Shown one piece after another: positions 1 to 8,832 of a stretch of 64,000 nt of DNA (positions are counted from its first letter, which is position 1; the number at the start of each line of letters is the position of its first letter). The notes beneath the pieces are model-generated. The model worked only from the letters and a program-made list of their open reading frames with translations. It was not told where the DNA came from and searched no databases. A program made the translations under genes and the position numbers. The stretch spans positions 25,856 to 89,855 of the IMG/VR virus record IMGVR_UViG_3300010401_000001; one strand, given 5' to 3'. The stretch comes from a virus.

Positions 1-1
1 C

Positions 2-235
2 CGCGCGCTGCTGCTGGCGATCAAGGCAAAGCTGGAATCCGTCGAGTCTAAGATCGAGACGTTCGAGCAAGCGTTTCTCGCGCACATCGTGCTGCCCGAC
101 AACACGCTCGTCGGCGACCGCGTCAAGGCGCTGGTCGCCGAGGCGTATCGAACCGGGCGCATGGGCAACCTCGCGCTCGCGCCCGGCGACACGACCGGCG
201 ATGCCGACGTTGATGATGCGGAGCTGGCGCCATGA
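2..235 (+). CDS. 5'-truncated conserved phage hypothetical protein
   Basis: Frame 2 reads RALLLAIKAKLESVESKIETFEQAFLAHIVLPD...; its TGA overlaps the next ATG (ATGA). Confidence 0.7.
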   Translation, partial: RALLLAIKAKLESVESKIETFEQAFLAHIVLPDNTLVGDRVKALVAEAYRTGRMGNLALAPGDTTGDADVDDAELAP

Positions 236-567
236 CCGCGCTCGACGCATTCCTGAGCGTTGCGCCGCTCATCGACGACCATCGCGATGAAGCCGCGCGC
301 GTCTGCGAAGAGACCGCCCGCTATGAGCGCGGCGAGCGCCAGCCGTTGCGGCTCGACCCGAACGATATCTCCAACCACGAGTTCAGCGACGCCGCCGCGG
401 GCATCGCCGCCGAGGTCGCGATGGAGGTCAGCGACGCCTTGAAGGCTGCGCGCGTGCGTTGCCCGCCGGCCGACGTGTGGGCCATGGCCGCGAGGCTCCT
501 CCGCTCGGGCTGGCAGCGCGGTCACCGGCTTCAGCCGATTGTGACCGGACGAGGAGCACCATCATGA
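232..567 (+). CDS. hypothetical protein
   Basis: ORF coupled by ATGA overlaps at both ends. Confidence 0.6.
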   Translation: MTALDAFLSVAPLIDDHRDEAARVCEETARYERGERQPLRLDPNDISNHEFSDAAAGIAAEVAMEVSDALKAARVRCPPADVWAMAARLLRSGWQRGHRLQPIVTGRGAPS

Positions 568-941
568 GCGATCTTGTTGCCCACATCAACCGCATCCACC
601 GAGACCTCCGCGACGGCGCCTTCTATACGCTCACCGCCGCCGCGCCCGGCTACACGACCATCACCGCACGCGATGCCGATGGCGACACCTCCACGCCATG
701 CCTGGACCGCGCCGACGTTCGCCGGCCGATCGAAGACCTCGAGCAGATCGCCGGACTTGTTCCGAGCGCGCCGGCTGTCGGACGCGCCGCGGCGCTCGCC
801 GGATCGGTGCGGCGCATCTTCGATCTGCTCGGCGAGATCGAGAAGACGGACGGCGCCGCCGCCGATGAGATCGTCGCCGCCATCGCGGCGCACCTGCGTT
901 CGTGGCGCCCGCTGGCGCTTGCTCCCGGAGGCGTGCTGTGA
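564..941 (+). CDS. hypothetical protein
   Basis: GAGGAG RBS, ATG at 564 (MSDLVAHINRIHRD). Confidence 0.6.
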   Translation: MSDLVAHINRIHRDLRDGAFYTLTAAAPGYTTITARDADGDTSTPCLDRADVRRPIEDLEQIAGLVPSAPAVGRAAALAGSVRRIFDLLGEIEKTDGAAADEIVAAIAAHLRSWRPLALAPGGVL

Positions 942-1005
942 TGGCAGTCGTTGCGCTGGCGCTGCTCGGTGCCGTCTACGCGATGCGCCGGGCGTTGAGG
1001 TCGGC

Positions 1006-1443
1006 ATGAGTGGACAGCCGAGCATCAACGTGGCGGCCCGCGCTCATCTCGCCGTCGTGCTGCTCGAGACCACGCCGGCAACGGTCGCAGCTGTCGCTGA
1101 CCTCGTCCGTATTAGCGAGTGCCAAGTGTATCGCGCCTGGCGCGCCGCTCACCCTGAGCGCCCGCCGCGTGGCCGGCGGATCACCGAGGCGATGCGCGCG
1201 GCGCAGATCGAGCCGTTCGCCGCGCTCTGCGACGTGATGGTCGCGCAGCTGACGGATCGCCCGCAGCGAGCCGCGCAGATCTTCGCCGCAACGCGCGCGC
1301 TGCATGGAGATGTCGGAGATCGCCGGCTATGGCGAGCGCTACGCCGGCTGGTCGACACCCTGAGAGTGGCACGCCATGGCATGCGCTGCACCGGAGCAAC
1401 GTACACAAGGATCATAAACGGAGGTGGCATTTGCGAGCGTTGA
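1006..1443 (+). CDS. hypothetical protein, possible HTH DNA-binding
   Basis: TVAAVADLVRISECQVYRAW resembles a helix-turn-helix. Confidence 0.5.
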   Translation: MSGQPSINVAARAHLAVVLLETTPATVAAVADLVRISECQVYRAWRAAHPERPPRGRRITEAMRAAQIEPFAALCDVMVAQLTDRPQRAAQIFAATRALHGDVGDRRLWRALRRLVDTLRVARHGMRCTGATYTRIINGGGICER

Positions 1444-1943
1444 CACTCACTCAGCCATGGGCGGGTCTCGTCGCGTCCGGGATCAAGCGCGTTGAGAACC
1501 GGCCCCGCGCGATGATCAAGCGCACCGACTTTGGAGCGCTGTTCGCGATCCACGCGAGCCGCGAGATCGATTCGGCGGTGTACTCACGAATCCGCGACCT
1601 GGCGCCTGAACTTTTCCGCGGGCCAGGTTGCGCTGAGATTCGCACCGAGATGCCGTGGTATGCGCTGTCCAGGGTGACGAGCGCCGTGATCGGCGTGGCA
1701 CGCATCGACAAGGTGCTCGAAGGCGGCTGGAACGCCGAGTCGATTCGGGAGTTCGCGGACACGATCAGCTTCTCGGATGGATCGCTGCTCGGCCATGAAC
1801 AGCTGCGTTGGTTCTTTGGCCCCGTCGGTTACCTGACGCGCGAAGCGGTCGCCATCGCTAAACCGGTCCCGTGTCGCGGCCAGCTCGGGTTCTGGACCTT
1901 GCCGGATGACGTGTGCAATTCGGTAACTGCGCAGCTTGGTTAA
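1431..1943 (+). CDS. ASCH domain protein
   Basis: ALTLTQPWAGLVASGIKRVENR...IHAS...PVPCRGQLGFW; GGAGG RBS before TTG. Confidence 0.85.
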   Translation: MRALTLTQPWAGLVASGIKRVENRPRAMIKRTDFGALFAIHASREIDSAVYSRIRDLAPELFRGPGCAEIRTEMPWYALSRVTSAVIGVARIDKVLEGGWNAESIREFADTISFSDGSLLGHEQLRWFFGPVGYLTREAVAIAKPVPCRGQLGFWTLPDDVCNSVTAQLG

Positions 1944-1945
1944 GT

Positions 1946-2197
1946 ATGAACTATATGAACCATATTAAACACATCACTCTGCCAGACGGTTGGTCCATCG
2001 AAAGCGAAGATGCGTCCACTGTCGTGATCAAGGCTACAAAACTCCTTTTAGTTACGGTTGACTTGAATATGCGGGTGTATCGAGCAGATTTCGCAACCAC
2101 CGGGCGACCTCTCATCCCGAAGTCGTACGGAGGAAGAGGATGGAGAGACGAACTGATCGCCGACGCCATTACGTGGCTGAAAGGCATTGCCAAGTGA
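1946..2197 (+). CDS. hypothetical protein (lower GC)
   Basis: ORF in operon context. Confidence 0.55.
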   Translation: MNYMNHIKHITLPDGWSIESEDASTVVIKATKLLLVTVDLNMRVYRADFATTGRPLIPKSYGGRGWRDELIADAITWLKGIAK

Positions 2198-2520
2198 CTC
2201 CAACGCAATCCCAGACCTTCGCGATGCTCGCGCTCGACCGCGGGGCATCACCGGAACACCTGCCGCCGCGCACGCGCAGGTCGCTTCTGCAGTGCGGGTG
2301 GATCGACCGCGTATCGCGGATCCTGAACGACGCTGGCCGCGACGCGATGCTCAGGTCGTCGCACTTCTCGGCCGCGCTCAAGGAACTCGACGCCGCCGGC
2401 GACCCCGACAAGGCTCTCGCGCTCCGGGTCATCGTCACCGGAAGTTCGCTGGAGACGCGGCAGCGGAACCGGCGCCGGGCCGCGATCGCCAGCGCGGCGA
2501 TGCGGATGGCGGCGCGATGA
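2194..2520 (+). CDS. hypothetical protein
   Basis: GTGA coupling. Confidence 0.5.
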   Translation: MTPTQSQTFAMLALDRGASPEHLPPRTRRSLLQCGWIDRVSRILNDAGRDAMLRSSHFSAALKELDAAGDPDKALALRVIVTGSSLETRQRNRRRAAIASAAMRMAAR

Positions 2521-2795
2521 TCCTGGCCTGGCTCCTGGTCCGCGCGTCCGCCCGGCTGCTGGTCGCGATCGCTGATGACCTGCTGGTGATCGCCCGCCTG
2601 AAGTGGCGAGACTCTATGGGAGGCGCGAAGTGGCGATGGTCGCGAGAGCGGATCGCCTGGTGGGCGGTATGCATTGTTCCGCATGCTGTCGCTCGATGGT
2701 TGATGTGGGGCGGTGGCGAGCGAATCCCGCTGCCAGCCAGCTGGGTCCCGTACCTGTTCGGGCGCGCGCTCGGCGTCGAAGGGCGCAGGCGATGA
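2517..2795 (+). CDS. hypothetical hydrophobic, Trp-rich protein
   Basis: ATGA coupling. Confidence 0.5.
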   Translation: MILAWLLVRASARLLVAIADDLLVIARLKWRDSMGGAKWRWSRERIAWWAVCIVPHAVARWLMWGGGERIPLPASWVPYLFGRALGVEGRRR

Positions 2796-2956
2796 CCAGA
2801 GAAGAAGCGAAACGCAAGCTACACGAAGCGCTGGCGAGCGATGACCCAGAGAAGAACCACAAGGATGCCGACGATGTGCTGTGCGCGTTGTTGGTTTCGT
2901 TGGGATACGGAGACGTGGTTGAGCTGTACCAGCGATTGGAGAGGTGGTACGCATGA
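2792..2956 (+). CDS. small conserved phage protein
   Basis: HKDADDVLCALLVSLGYGDVVELY...WYA motif. Confidence 0.7.
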   Translation: MTREEAKRKLHEALASDDPEKNHKDADDVLCALLVSLGYGDVVELYQRLERWYA

Positions 2957-3693
2957 CCGCGCCACGCGAGCGAGGGATCATCTTCAGCGCGCCGATGGTG
3001 CGAGCCATATTAGAAGGTCGCAAGATGCAGACTAGGCGCGTGCTGACGCCGCAACCACTTTACACGCCGAGTTCAGGGCTGATTTGGAATGGTGTCGCGT
3101 ACGGTGTGACGACTGACGGTCGACCATTTACAGGAACGATCGTAAATAAGTGCCCGCATGGCAGGCCGGGAGATCGAATGTGGGTCCGCGAGACGTGGAC
3201 CCACGACGCGCCAGACCTCGAGACGTGTCGTGCTGCCTATGAGGATGCGAGTCCTGGTATCGGCTACGGTCCGTACTACCGCGCCACCGAGGTCGCTCAA
3301 GATACGCTGAAATGGCGACCAGCGATCTTCATGCCGCGCTGGGCATCTCGCATTACGCTCGAGATCGCCAAGGTGCGCGTTCAGCGCCTGCAGGAGATCA
3401 GCGATGACGACGCGCGGGCAGAGGGCGTCGATCCGTACACGCCGCCGACCGGTCATATCTCGCCGGACCAGCGCGTCCCAGGGCCGGGATTCGAAAACTG
3501 CCGGCTCGGCGACCAACCGCACCGGCTACCGTTCGCTGACCTATGGGACTCCATCAACGGCAATCCGCGCGCCATGCTCGACGACGACGGCAATCCCGTG
3601 CTCGACGATAACGAGCGCCCGATTATGCACCCACCGAAGTCGTGGGCGAGCAATCCTTGGGTGTTTGCGATCACTTTTCGGAGGATCCAATGA
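2953..3693 (+). CDS. ASCH/PUA-like phage protein
   Basis: IIFSAPMVRAILEGRKMQTRR...MWVRETW...MPRWASRITLEI...NPWV. Confidence 0.85.
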   Translation: MTAPRERGIIFSAPMVRAILEGRKMQTRRVLTPQPLYTPSSGLIWNGVAYGVTTDGRPFTGTIVNKCPHGRPGDRMWVRETWTHDAPDLETCRAAYEDASPGIGYGPYYRATEVAQDTLKWRPAIFMPRWASRITLEIAKVRVQRLQEISDDDARAEGVDPYTPPTGHISPDQRVPGPGFENCRLGDQPHRLPFADLWDSINGNPRAMLDDDGNPVLDDNERPIMHPPKSWASNPWVFAITFRRIQ

Positions 3694-4079
3694 AGCCAGT
3701 CGATCAAAGCACTTTTGGTTTTCCCGGCGGAAACTGCTTCTCAGCGTGCGTAGCGTCGATGCTAGAAATCCCGCTTGCCGACGTTCCATATTTCATGGCC
3801 GATGACCGATGGTTCGAGAAATTCAAGCGCTGGCTTGAGCAGCGGGGATTCTGGGCGGTGTGCTTCAAGCTCGACGGCGACTGGCTGCCTGATGGGTTAC
3901 ACATCCTGTCCGGAAATAGCCCGCGCGATCCAGAAAACCCAGATGCGCTGCACAGCGTGGTGGCGCGCGGAAACGCAATCGTCCACGACCCACATCCGAG
4001 CCGGTCCGGTCTGTTATCGCGCGATGACGTCGTGCTGCTGATCCCGCACGACCCAGCGCAGATCGGAGCACGGTCATGA
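3690..4079 (+). CDS. papain-like (C39-like) peptidase fold phage protein
   Basis: Q...GNCFSACVASML...HSVV...HDP gives a Q/C/H/D order. Confidence 0.55.
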   Translation: MKPVDQSTFGFPGGNCFSACVASMLEIPLADVPYFMADDRWFEKFKRWLEQRGFWAVCFKLDGDWLPDGLHILSGNSPRDPENPDALHSVVARGNAIVHDPHPSRSGLLSRDDVVLLIPHDPAQIGARS

Positions 4080-4441
4080 CCATCGCCTGCTCAACGTCAC
4101 GCCTTCCACATGTACAGAGTATTCCTCGAACTTTGTCCGTCACACGCACTGCCACATCCGACATCCGACCCCACGTCACCGACGGCATCCCGCGAGCAAC
4201 CGGCGGGTGACACGTCACACACGCCATCGAGGTTCAGAGATGACGAACTGTCATTACGCCGCTACGACGCTCGGCTTCCTGGCCGCGCTTTACCTGGCAA
4301 CCGGCCACCCCGAGCACAGCGAGCTCGTCTACGTCCGGCTGCTCACGCACATCGTGCTGCACGAAGGTACCGGCGCGGAATGGAGCTACGCGTCGTGAAC
4401 GGTCAGCGAAGCATCTGACACTGGTTCGGTACGATGCTGCA

Positions 4442-4882
4442 ATGACCCCGTCAACTCAAGTGAGCCGCTTCCTCGACACCGCCGCCGCCGCGGTCTACCT
4501 CGGGTTCCGCACCCGGGCAGGGATCCGCTCGCTGGTCTACTCGGGCGAGCTCGTACCCGACGGTCGCGGCTACCGAGGCGGCTACGTGTTCCTACCCGAG
4601 ACGCTTGACGCGTGGACCCGCTCCCGCATGGAGTCGATGCATGGACGACGAGGGCATCAAGCAGCTCGGCAAGAACCTGTGGGCGGTCCGCGTCAAGCGG
4701 ATCAGCGCGGCGACGGGCAAGACGGTGAACCGCAAGGCGACGGTGAGCGGGAGCAAGGCCGACGCGCGGCGCAAGCGCGACGAGCTTCGCGCGGAGCTCG
4801 CCTCAACGCAGGCGGCGCGACCGCGGACGCAGCTCAGGTCATACGCGACATCGTGGCTCGGGCGCAGAGCCGACGACCCTGA
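4442..4882 (+). CDS. xis: excisionase-like HTH protein (3' part overlaps int)
   Basis: LDTAAAAVYLG...IRSLVYSGEL...LDAW MerR/Xis-like HTH directly upstream of the integrase. Confidence 0.7.
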   Translation: MTPSTQVSRFLDTAAAAVYLGFRTRAGIRSLVYSGELVPDGRGYRGGYVFLPETLDAWTRSRMESMHGRRGHQAARQEPVGGPRQADQRGDGQDGEPQGDGEREQGRRAAQARRASRGARLNAGGATADAAQVIRDIVARAQSRRP

Positions 4883-5747
4883 GACGAAGGCGACCACGGT
4901 CCGCAAGTATGGCTACGGGCTCCAGCACATCCTACCCGTGCTCGGCGACCTGTACCTGGACGCGATCGCGCCGGCGGACATCGAGCGCTACGTCGCGTTC
5001 CGCATGCGCCAGGTCGGCCTCAAGGGCGGCAACACCGTGCTCAACGAGCTGCGGCTGCTGCGCACGCTCGCGCATGATGCGCACCGCAACGGCTACTGCG
5101 ACCGGGTCTGGACCGACGGCGTGCGCCAGCCCAGAGTCCGCGAGTACGACGAGACCAGGCCGAACCTGCTGACCGGCGAGCAGTGCGACCGGCTCCTCGC
5201 CGCGATCCCGACGCAGTGGCGCGCGCTGGTTCTGTTCCTGGTCACCACCGGCCTGCGGTTCGGCGAGGCGTCGGCGCTGCACTGGGAGGACGTCTCGGGC
5301 GGGCAGGCGACGATCCGGTACACCAACGACCGTGGCAGGCTGACGACCGTCAAGACGCACAAGAGCCTGCGCCGCGTGCCGATGCTGCCCGTGGTGATGG
5401 AGCTGCTCACCGTCAAGTCGAGCGGGCTGGTGTTCCCGTCGCGGAAAGGGACGCTGCACAAAGGGTCGCCGCTGAAGAAGGTGCTCGACGCGGCGTGCGC
5501 GGCGGTGTTCGGGCCGGGCGGGCTGCGCGTTACGGCGCACGGGATGCGCAGGACGTTCAATAACGAGGGCCGCTTGGTTGCGAGCACGCTGGTGCTGCAG
5601 TCGATCACCGGCCACGCCACGGACGCGATGACCGCGCACTACTCGATGGTCGGCGCCGAGGAGAAGGCGGCGGTGAGTCGGGCGGTCGCGGAGCGGGTCG
5701 GGGCGGTGGAAGGCGCGGCGAGGAAGGGGCCAGAGCAGGTGAACTGA
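4641..5747 (+). CDS. int: tyrosine integrase
   Basis: TGLRFGEASALHWEDV, HGMRRT, GH...MTAHY catalytic R-HxxR-H-Y. Confidence 0.95.
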   Translation: MDDEGIKQLGKNLWAVRVKRISAATGKTVNRKATVSGSKADARRKRDELRAELASTQAARPRTQLRSYATSWLGRRADDPETKATTVRKYGYGLQHILPVLGDLYLDAIAPADIERYVAFRMRQVGLKGGNTVLNELRLLRTLAHDAHRNGYCDRVWTDGVRQPRVREYDETRPNLLTGEQCDRLLAAIPTQWRALVLFLVTTGLRFGEASALHWEDVSGGQATIRYTNDRGRLTTVKTHKSLRRVPMLPVVMELLTVKSSGLVFPSRKGTLHKGSPLKKVLDAACAAVFGPGGLRVTAHGMRRTFNNEGRLVASTLVLQSITGHATDAMTAHYSMVGAEEKAAVSRAVAERVGAVEGAARKGPEQVN

Positions 5748-5751
5748 GCGC

Positions 5752-5787
5752 TTGACGGCGCGGCCGAGTATGTACATAGTATGGACA
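5752..5787 (+). promoter_or_regulatory. sigma70-like promoter with overlapping tandem operator
   Basis: TTGACG-N17-CATAGT-N7-ATG; AGTATGTACA/AGTATGGACA tandem repeat. Confidence 0.6.
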
Positions 5788-5994
5788 ATGAAGGCTGAGC
5801 CCGCAGAGATGGCGACCGCGGACAACCTGACCGACGCGCAGATCGACGAGTTCCGGTATTCACTACCGCGAGGTCATTTCGCGCTGCAGTGGACCATCGA
5901 TTCGATCGTCGATCCGCCTGGCAACCGCCGCAATAATGCGCGGCGAGAAGTCGCTGCGCTCATCAACGCCCGCGCGAAGGCGGTGCGGAGATGA
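5788..5994 (+). CDS. small protein, paralog of the 9659-9985 C-terminus
   Basis: ATADNLTDAQIDEFR...ARAKAVR. Confidence 0.7.
   Translation: MKAEPAEMATADNLTDAQIDEFRYSLPRGHFALQWTIDSIVDPPGNRRNNARREVAALINARAKAVRR
5810..5988 (+). repeat. 179-bp imperfect direct repeat, copy 1
   Basis: Colinear with 9804-9982; differences mostly synonymous. Confidence 0.9.
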
Positions 5995-6209
5995 CCGGCC
6001 GACCTCGATCCACCGCGCCCAAGCGCGACCAGCTCATCAAGATCCTCGTGACGCCCGAGCTCTGCGCGCTGGTCACCGCTGCCGCAAAGCGCGAAGGGCG
6101 CTCAGTCAGCGACTGGGGTCAGCGGCTGTTCGAGCGCGAGGTGACCGCGATGGCGGATCGGGATACCGCGCGCGCGGCGCCCGGCAGGGCGCGGCGAGGT
6201 GGACGATGA
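5991..6209 (+). CDS. ribbon-helix-helix DNA-binding protein
   Basis: GRPR...LIKILVTPELCALVTAAAKREGRSVSDW. Confidence 0.75.
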   Translation: MTGRPRSTAPKRDQLIKILVTPELCALVTAAAKREGRSVSDWGQRLFEREVTAMADRDTARAAPGRARRGGR

Positions 6210-6448
6210 GCACACCGTGGGACGACTGCAAGATCGCGATCGGCGTCGACAACGACGAACCGTTCAACGACAGCCAGATCTTCGACAACCTTTGCGCCGG
6301 TCGCGGCCTTCCGCGTGGCTGGGTACTCGATGAGGTAGACGGTCGCGGCGCGCGCTGGGTTGCCGTGTTCCGCGTTGCGGGCTTCCCGACCGCGTACGCC
6401 GGCAAGCGCGTACGCTCCACGCTGCGCGCGATCGGAGCGCTCACGTGA
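6206..6448 (+). CDS. hypothetical protein
   Basis: ATGA-coupled ORF MSTPWDDCK. Confidence 0.55.
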   Translation: MSTPWDDCKIAIGVDNDEPFNDSQIFDNLCAGRGLPRGWVLDEVDGRGARWVAVFRVAGFPTAYAGKRVRSTLRAIGALT

Positions 6449-6711
6449 ACGCTGCGCCTTCTACGTCAGCAGCGAATACGCTGCGCGCCGTGAAGCTCAA
6501 GAGCACCGAGCTGCGCGCCCATCTACGCAACCTGACCGCAGTCGTCACGCGTGCGATCGCGGATATCGACGCCGAGATGCGGACCCCGTCGACCGCTGAT
6601 CGTGGCAAGCGAATCGCGCAGATCTGCAATAGGATGCAGCTCGCCAACGATATGGCCAAGCGGTTCGGGCTGTCGCGGCGTCGGCCGGCGAAGCCGAGGG
6701 GCTCGCGATGA
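6445..6711 (+). CDS. hypothetical protein
   Basis: Coupled ORF. Confidence 0.55.
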   Translation: MNAAPSTSAANTLRAVKLKSTELRAHLRNLTAVVTRAIADIDAEMRTPSTADRGKRIAQICNRMQLANDMAKRFGLSRRRPAKPRGSR

Positions 6712-7136
6712 AGACGGCGTCCAAGTACGAGCGAGGCGATCGCGTGGTCAGCATCGCTAGCTGGAACCGCCGGACGGCAGGTACCGTTTCGCGCGCTGGA
6801 CGCGGCGTATCCGTCACGGTCCGCTGGGACGGCGGAAATAATGACGAGCGCGTTTTTCTGGACAACATCCGCATTGAGACACCTGATGATGTCGCCAAGC
6901 GCGAGCACGAAGCAGCGCTGCGCGCGTGGCGAGATCGCCGGCCGCAGACCACGGTCGCGCGCGTAGACCTCGATGGTAGATGGGGCAGGGGCGGCAACGA
7001 AGAGATCGGCGCTACGGCGGTCACGCGGACGCCAGCCGAGATGCGCACTGCAGCCGAAGAGCTCCGCGCGCTCGCGGACTGGTTTGAAGCGCGACCCGCG
7101 GTGGTTGTTGTCGCGCAAGGAGGCAAAGGACGATGA
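6708..7136 (+). CDS. hypothetical protein, SH3/KOW-like N-terminus
   Basis: YERGDRVV...GTV...VTVRWD. Confidence 0.55.
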   Translation: MKTASKYERGDRVVSIASWNRRTAGTVSRAGRGVSVTVRWDGGNNDERVFLDNIRIETPDDVAKREHEAALRAWRDRRPQTTVARVDLDGRWGRGGNEEIGATAVTRTPAEMRTAAEELRALADWFEARPAVVVVAQGGKGR

Positions 7137-7363
7137 GCGACTGGAAGGAACCCAAGCGCGGCGAGATGGTCACCTGCGAGACCGTCGCGGCGATCGTGCT
7201 TCACGCGCGCCTCATCACGGACCGCGAAGTCCGTCTCAGCGGCCACCGAACGCCAAAACCGCTAGCCTTGTGCGGATCACCGGTCGACTGGGACACGCAG
7301 CGTCCAGTTAGCGCGGTGCATTGCCGGTCGTGCCTCGCAGCCCTGGCAGGGAGCAGCCGATGA
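7133..7363 (+). CDS. small Zn-binding protein
   Basis: H...LCG...CRSC. Confidence 0.55.
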   Translation: MSDWKEPKRGEMVTCETVAAIVLHARLITDREVRLSGHRTPKPLALCGSPVDWDTQRPVSAVHCRSCLAALAGSSR

Positions 7364-7563
7364 CTACTGATCACGAAGCAACTGAGGCAACTGAGGACGT
7401 AGCAACGCCAGAGGACCAACGTGTCTGCGACTGCGGCGCCACGCCCGACCCATCGGAGTCGCCGACCGCCGGCGACTACACCGAGAATGGCATCGAGAAG
7501 TACATCTGTCTGCGTTGCTGGGCACGCGAGAATGGCAGCGATGGCGGAGTGATACCATCATGA
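7360..7563 (+). CDS. small Zn-finger protein
   Basis: CDCG...CLRC. Confidence 0.5.
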   Translation: MTTDHEATEATEDVATPEDQRVCDCGATPDPSESPTAGDYTENGIEKYICLRCWARENGSDGGVIPS

Positions 7564-7952
7564 CCGTCACCAGACCAACCGCCGAGGAGACCGGCGCCAC
7601 CGCGCGCCGTTACCTCGATAGCGCGAACCGCGAGGTCGCCCGCATGGCGGCTGGCGTGCTGCTGCTGGCCGAGCGCTGTCTCTGCCGGGGTTCGTTCCGC
7701 TGCACGCCGTGCCTGGAGGAGATGGAGGCCGACGGGATGCACGATCTCGACATCGAGGCCGCGCGCGGCGACATGCTGCTCACGCTCGAGCTGCTGCGGC
7801 TGCTCCCACCGGGCACGCTCATCACCTGCCACAAGTGCGGAGATTCGTCACCGGCTCCAGGTGACGCAGAGTTCTGCGGGTGCGGCGGAAAGCAGACCGT
7901 GAGCGAGGCGATTCGCTGGTACGAGAGCCAGCTGAAGGTTCTGAGCAAATGA
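7560..7952 (+). CDS. Cys-rich hypothetical protein
   Basis: CLC..CTPC..CHKC..CGC. Confidence 0.55.
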   Translation: MTVTRPTAEETGATARRYLDSANREVARMAAGVLLLAERCLCRGSFRCTPCLEEMEADGMHDLDIEAARGDMLLTLELLRLLPPGTLITCHKCGDSSPAPGDAEFCGCGGKQTVSEAIRWYESQLKVLSK

Positions 7953-8019
7953 GCGTCGACACCGCTGAACGCGATCGGCTCGTAGCTGCGATCCTCGCGA
8001 TCGTCGAGGATTGCGTGCC

Positions 8020-8553
8020 ATGAAGCTGTCCGTTCCGCATCCCGGCGAAGGGTCGCCGGCCATCGGAGACGAGATCGCGTGGCGCCGCGAGCTGAAGCAA
8101 CTGCGGGTTCGCGTTGCCCAGCTTGAGGCAGAGCAAGGAGTCCGCCAGGCGCCATCGATCGAGGTCAGGCGCGGCGAGGTTCACGGCCCACGATGTGGGA
8201 TTCCATGCGGAGTGGTCGTCAGCGAGGAACAGCCGCGCGTTGAATGCGCGGCGTGTGGCACGAAGCTCGACCCGATCGAGGTGCTGCGCGACTACGCCAG
8301 GCATGAGCGGAACTTCTGCTACTCGCTTGAGCACCTCCGCAAGGAGCAGCGTGACCTGACGTCCAAGATCGAAAAGCTCAAGGCATTGTGGCTTCGTCTA
8401 CGCGGCAAGGTACGGATGCAGATGCCGGAGCTTCCTGATCGCGAGGGCTCCCGGAAATGGGACCGCGACCAGTGGATGAACTGGCTCGTTGAGCGGGTCC
8501 TCGCGTATGCGACCGCGGATGATGTGACCAGCGAAGTAGGTGGCGAGCTATGA
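8020..8553 (+). CDS. Zn-ribbon + coiled-coil phage protein
   Basis: VECAACGTKLDPIEVL followed by a coiled coil. Confidence 0.6.
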   Translation: MKLSVPHPGEGSPAIGDEIAWRRELKQLRVRVAQLEAEQGVRQAPSIEVRRGEVHGPRCGIPCGVVVSEEQPRVECAACGTKLDPIEVLRDYARHERNFCYSLEHLRKEQRDLTSKIEKLKALWLRLRGKVRMQMPELPDREGSRKWDRDQWMNWLVERVLAYATADDVTSEVGGEL

Positions 8554-8584
8554 AGGGCCACCGGGGCGATGTCCGGCCAAGTAG

Positions 8585-8809
8585 GTGTCCTGAATGTGTC
8601 CCGATGATGCTCGTCATGTTCGAGTCAACTTAGCAAGGTATCATAATCTTTGAGGAGCCACCCAGATTTGAACTGGGGAATGGTGGTTTTGCAGACCACT
8701 ATATTACTGAACTAAGTACTGAACAACACAACCTAACCTATGAACATCACGCAAGCACGGGAACGACAGGGCAACATCGGAATGGGCCGGATGTGTCCTT
8801 GAGGTGTCC
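8585..8809. repeat. putative integrase arm-type sites flanking the att core
   Basis: GTGTCC pairs 11 bp apart at 8585/8596 and 8793/8804. Confidence 0.65.
8653..8699 (-). other. attP core: 3' half of tRNA-Cys(GCA)
   Basis: Reverse complement GTGGT-CTGCAAA-ACCAC-CATTC-CCCAG-TTCAAAT-CTGGG-TGGCTCC-T gives anticodon arm, T arm, acceptor 3' strand and U73; no 5' half upstream; AT-rich intergenic region. Confidence 0.85.
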
Positions 8810-8832
8810 CGTGCGGCGCGAGGAGAACGCCC

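Noticed and set aside
8650-8726. Complete tRNA-Cys gene
   Set aside because: D arm and 5' acceptor strand are absent; better explained as an att core.
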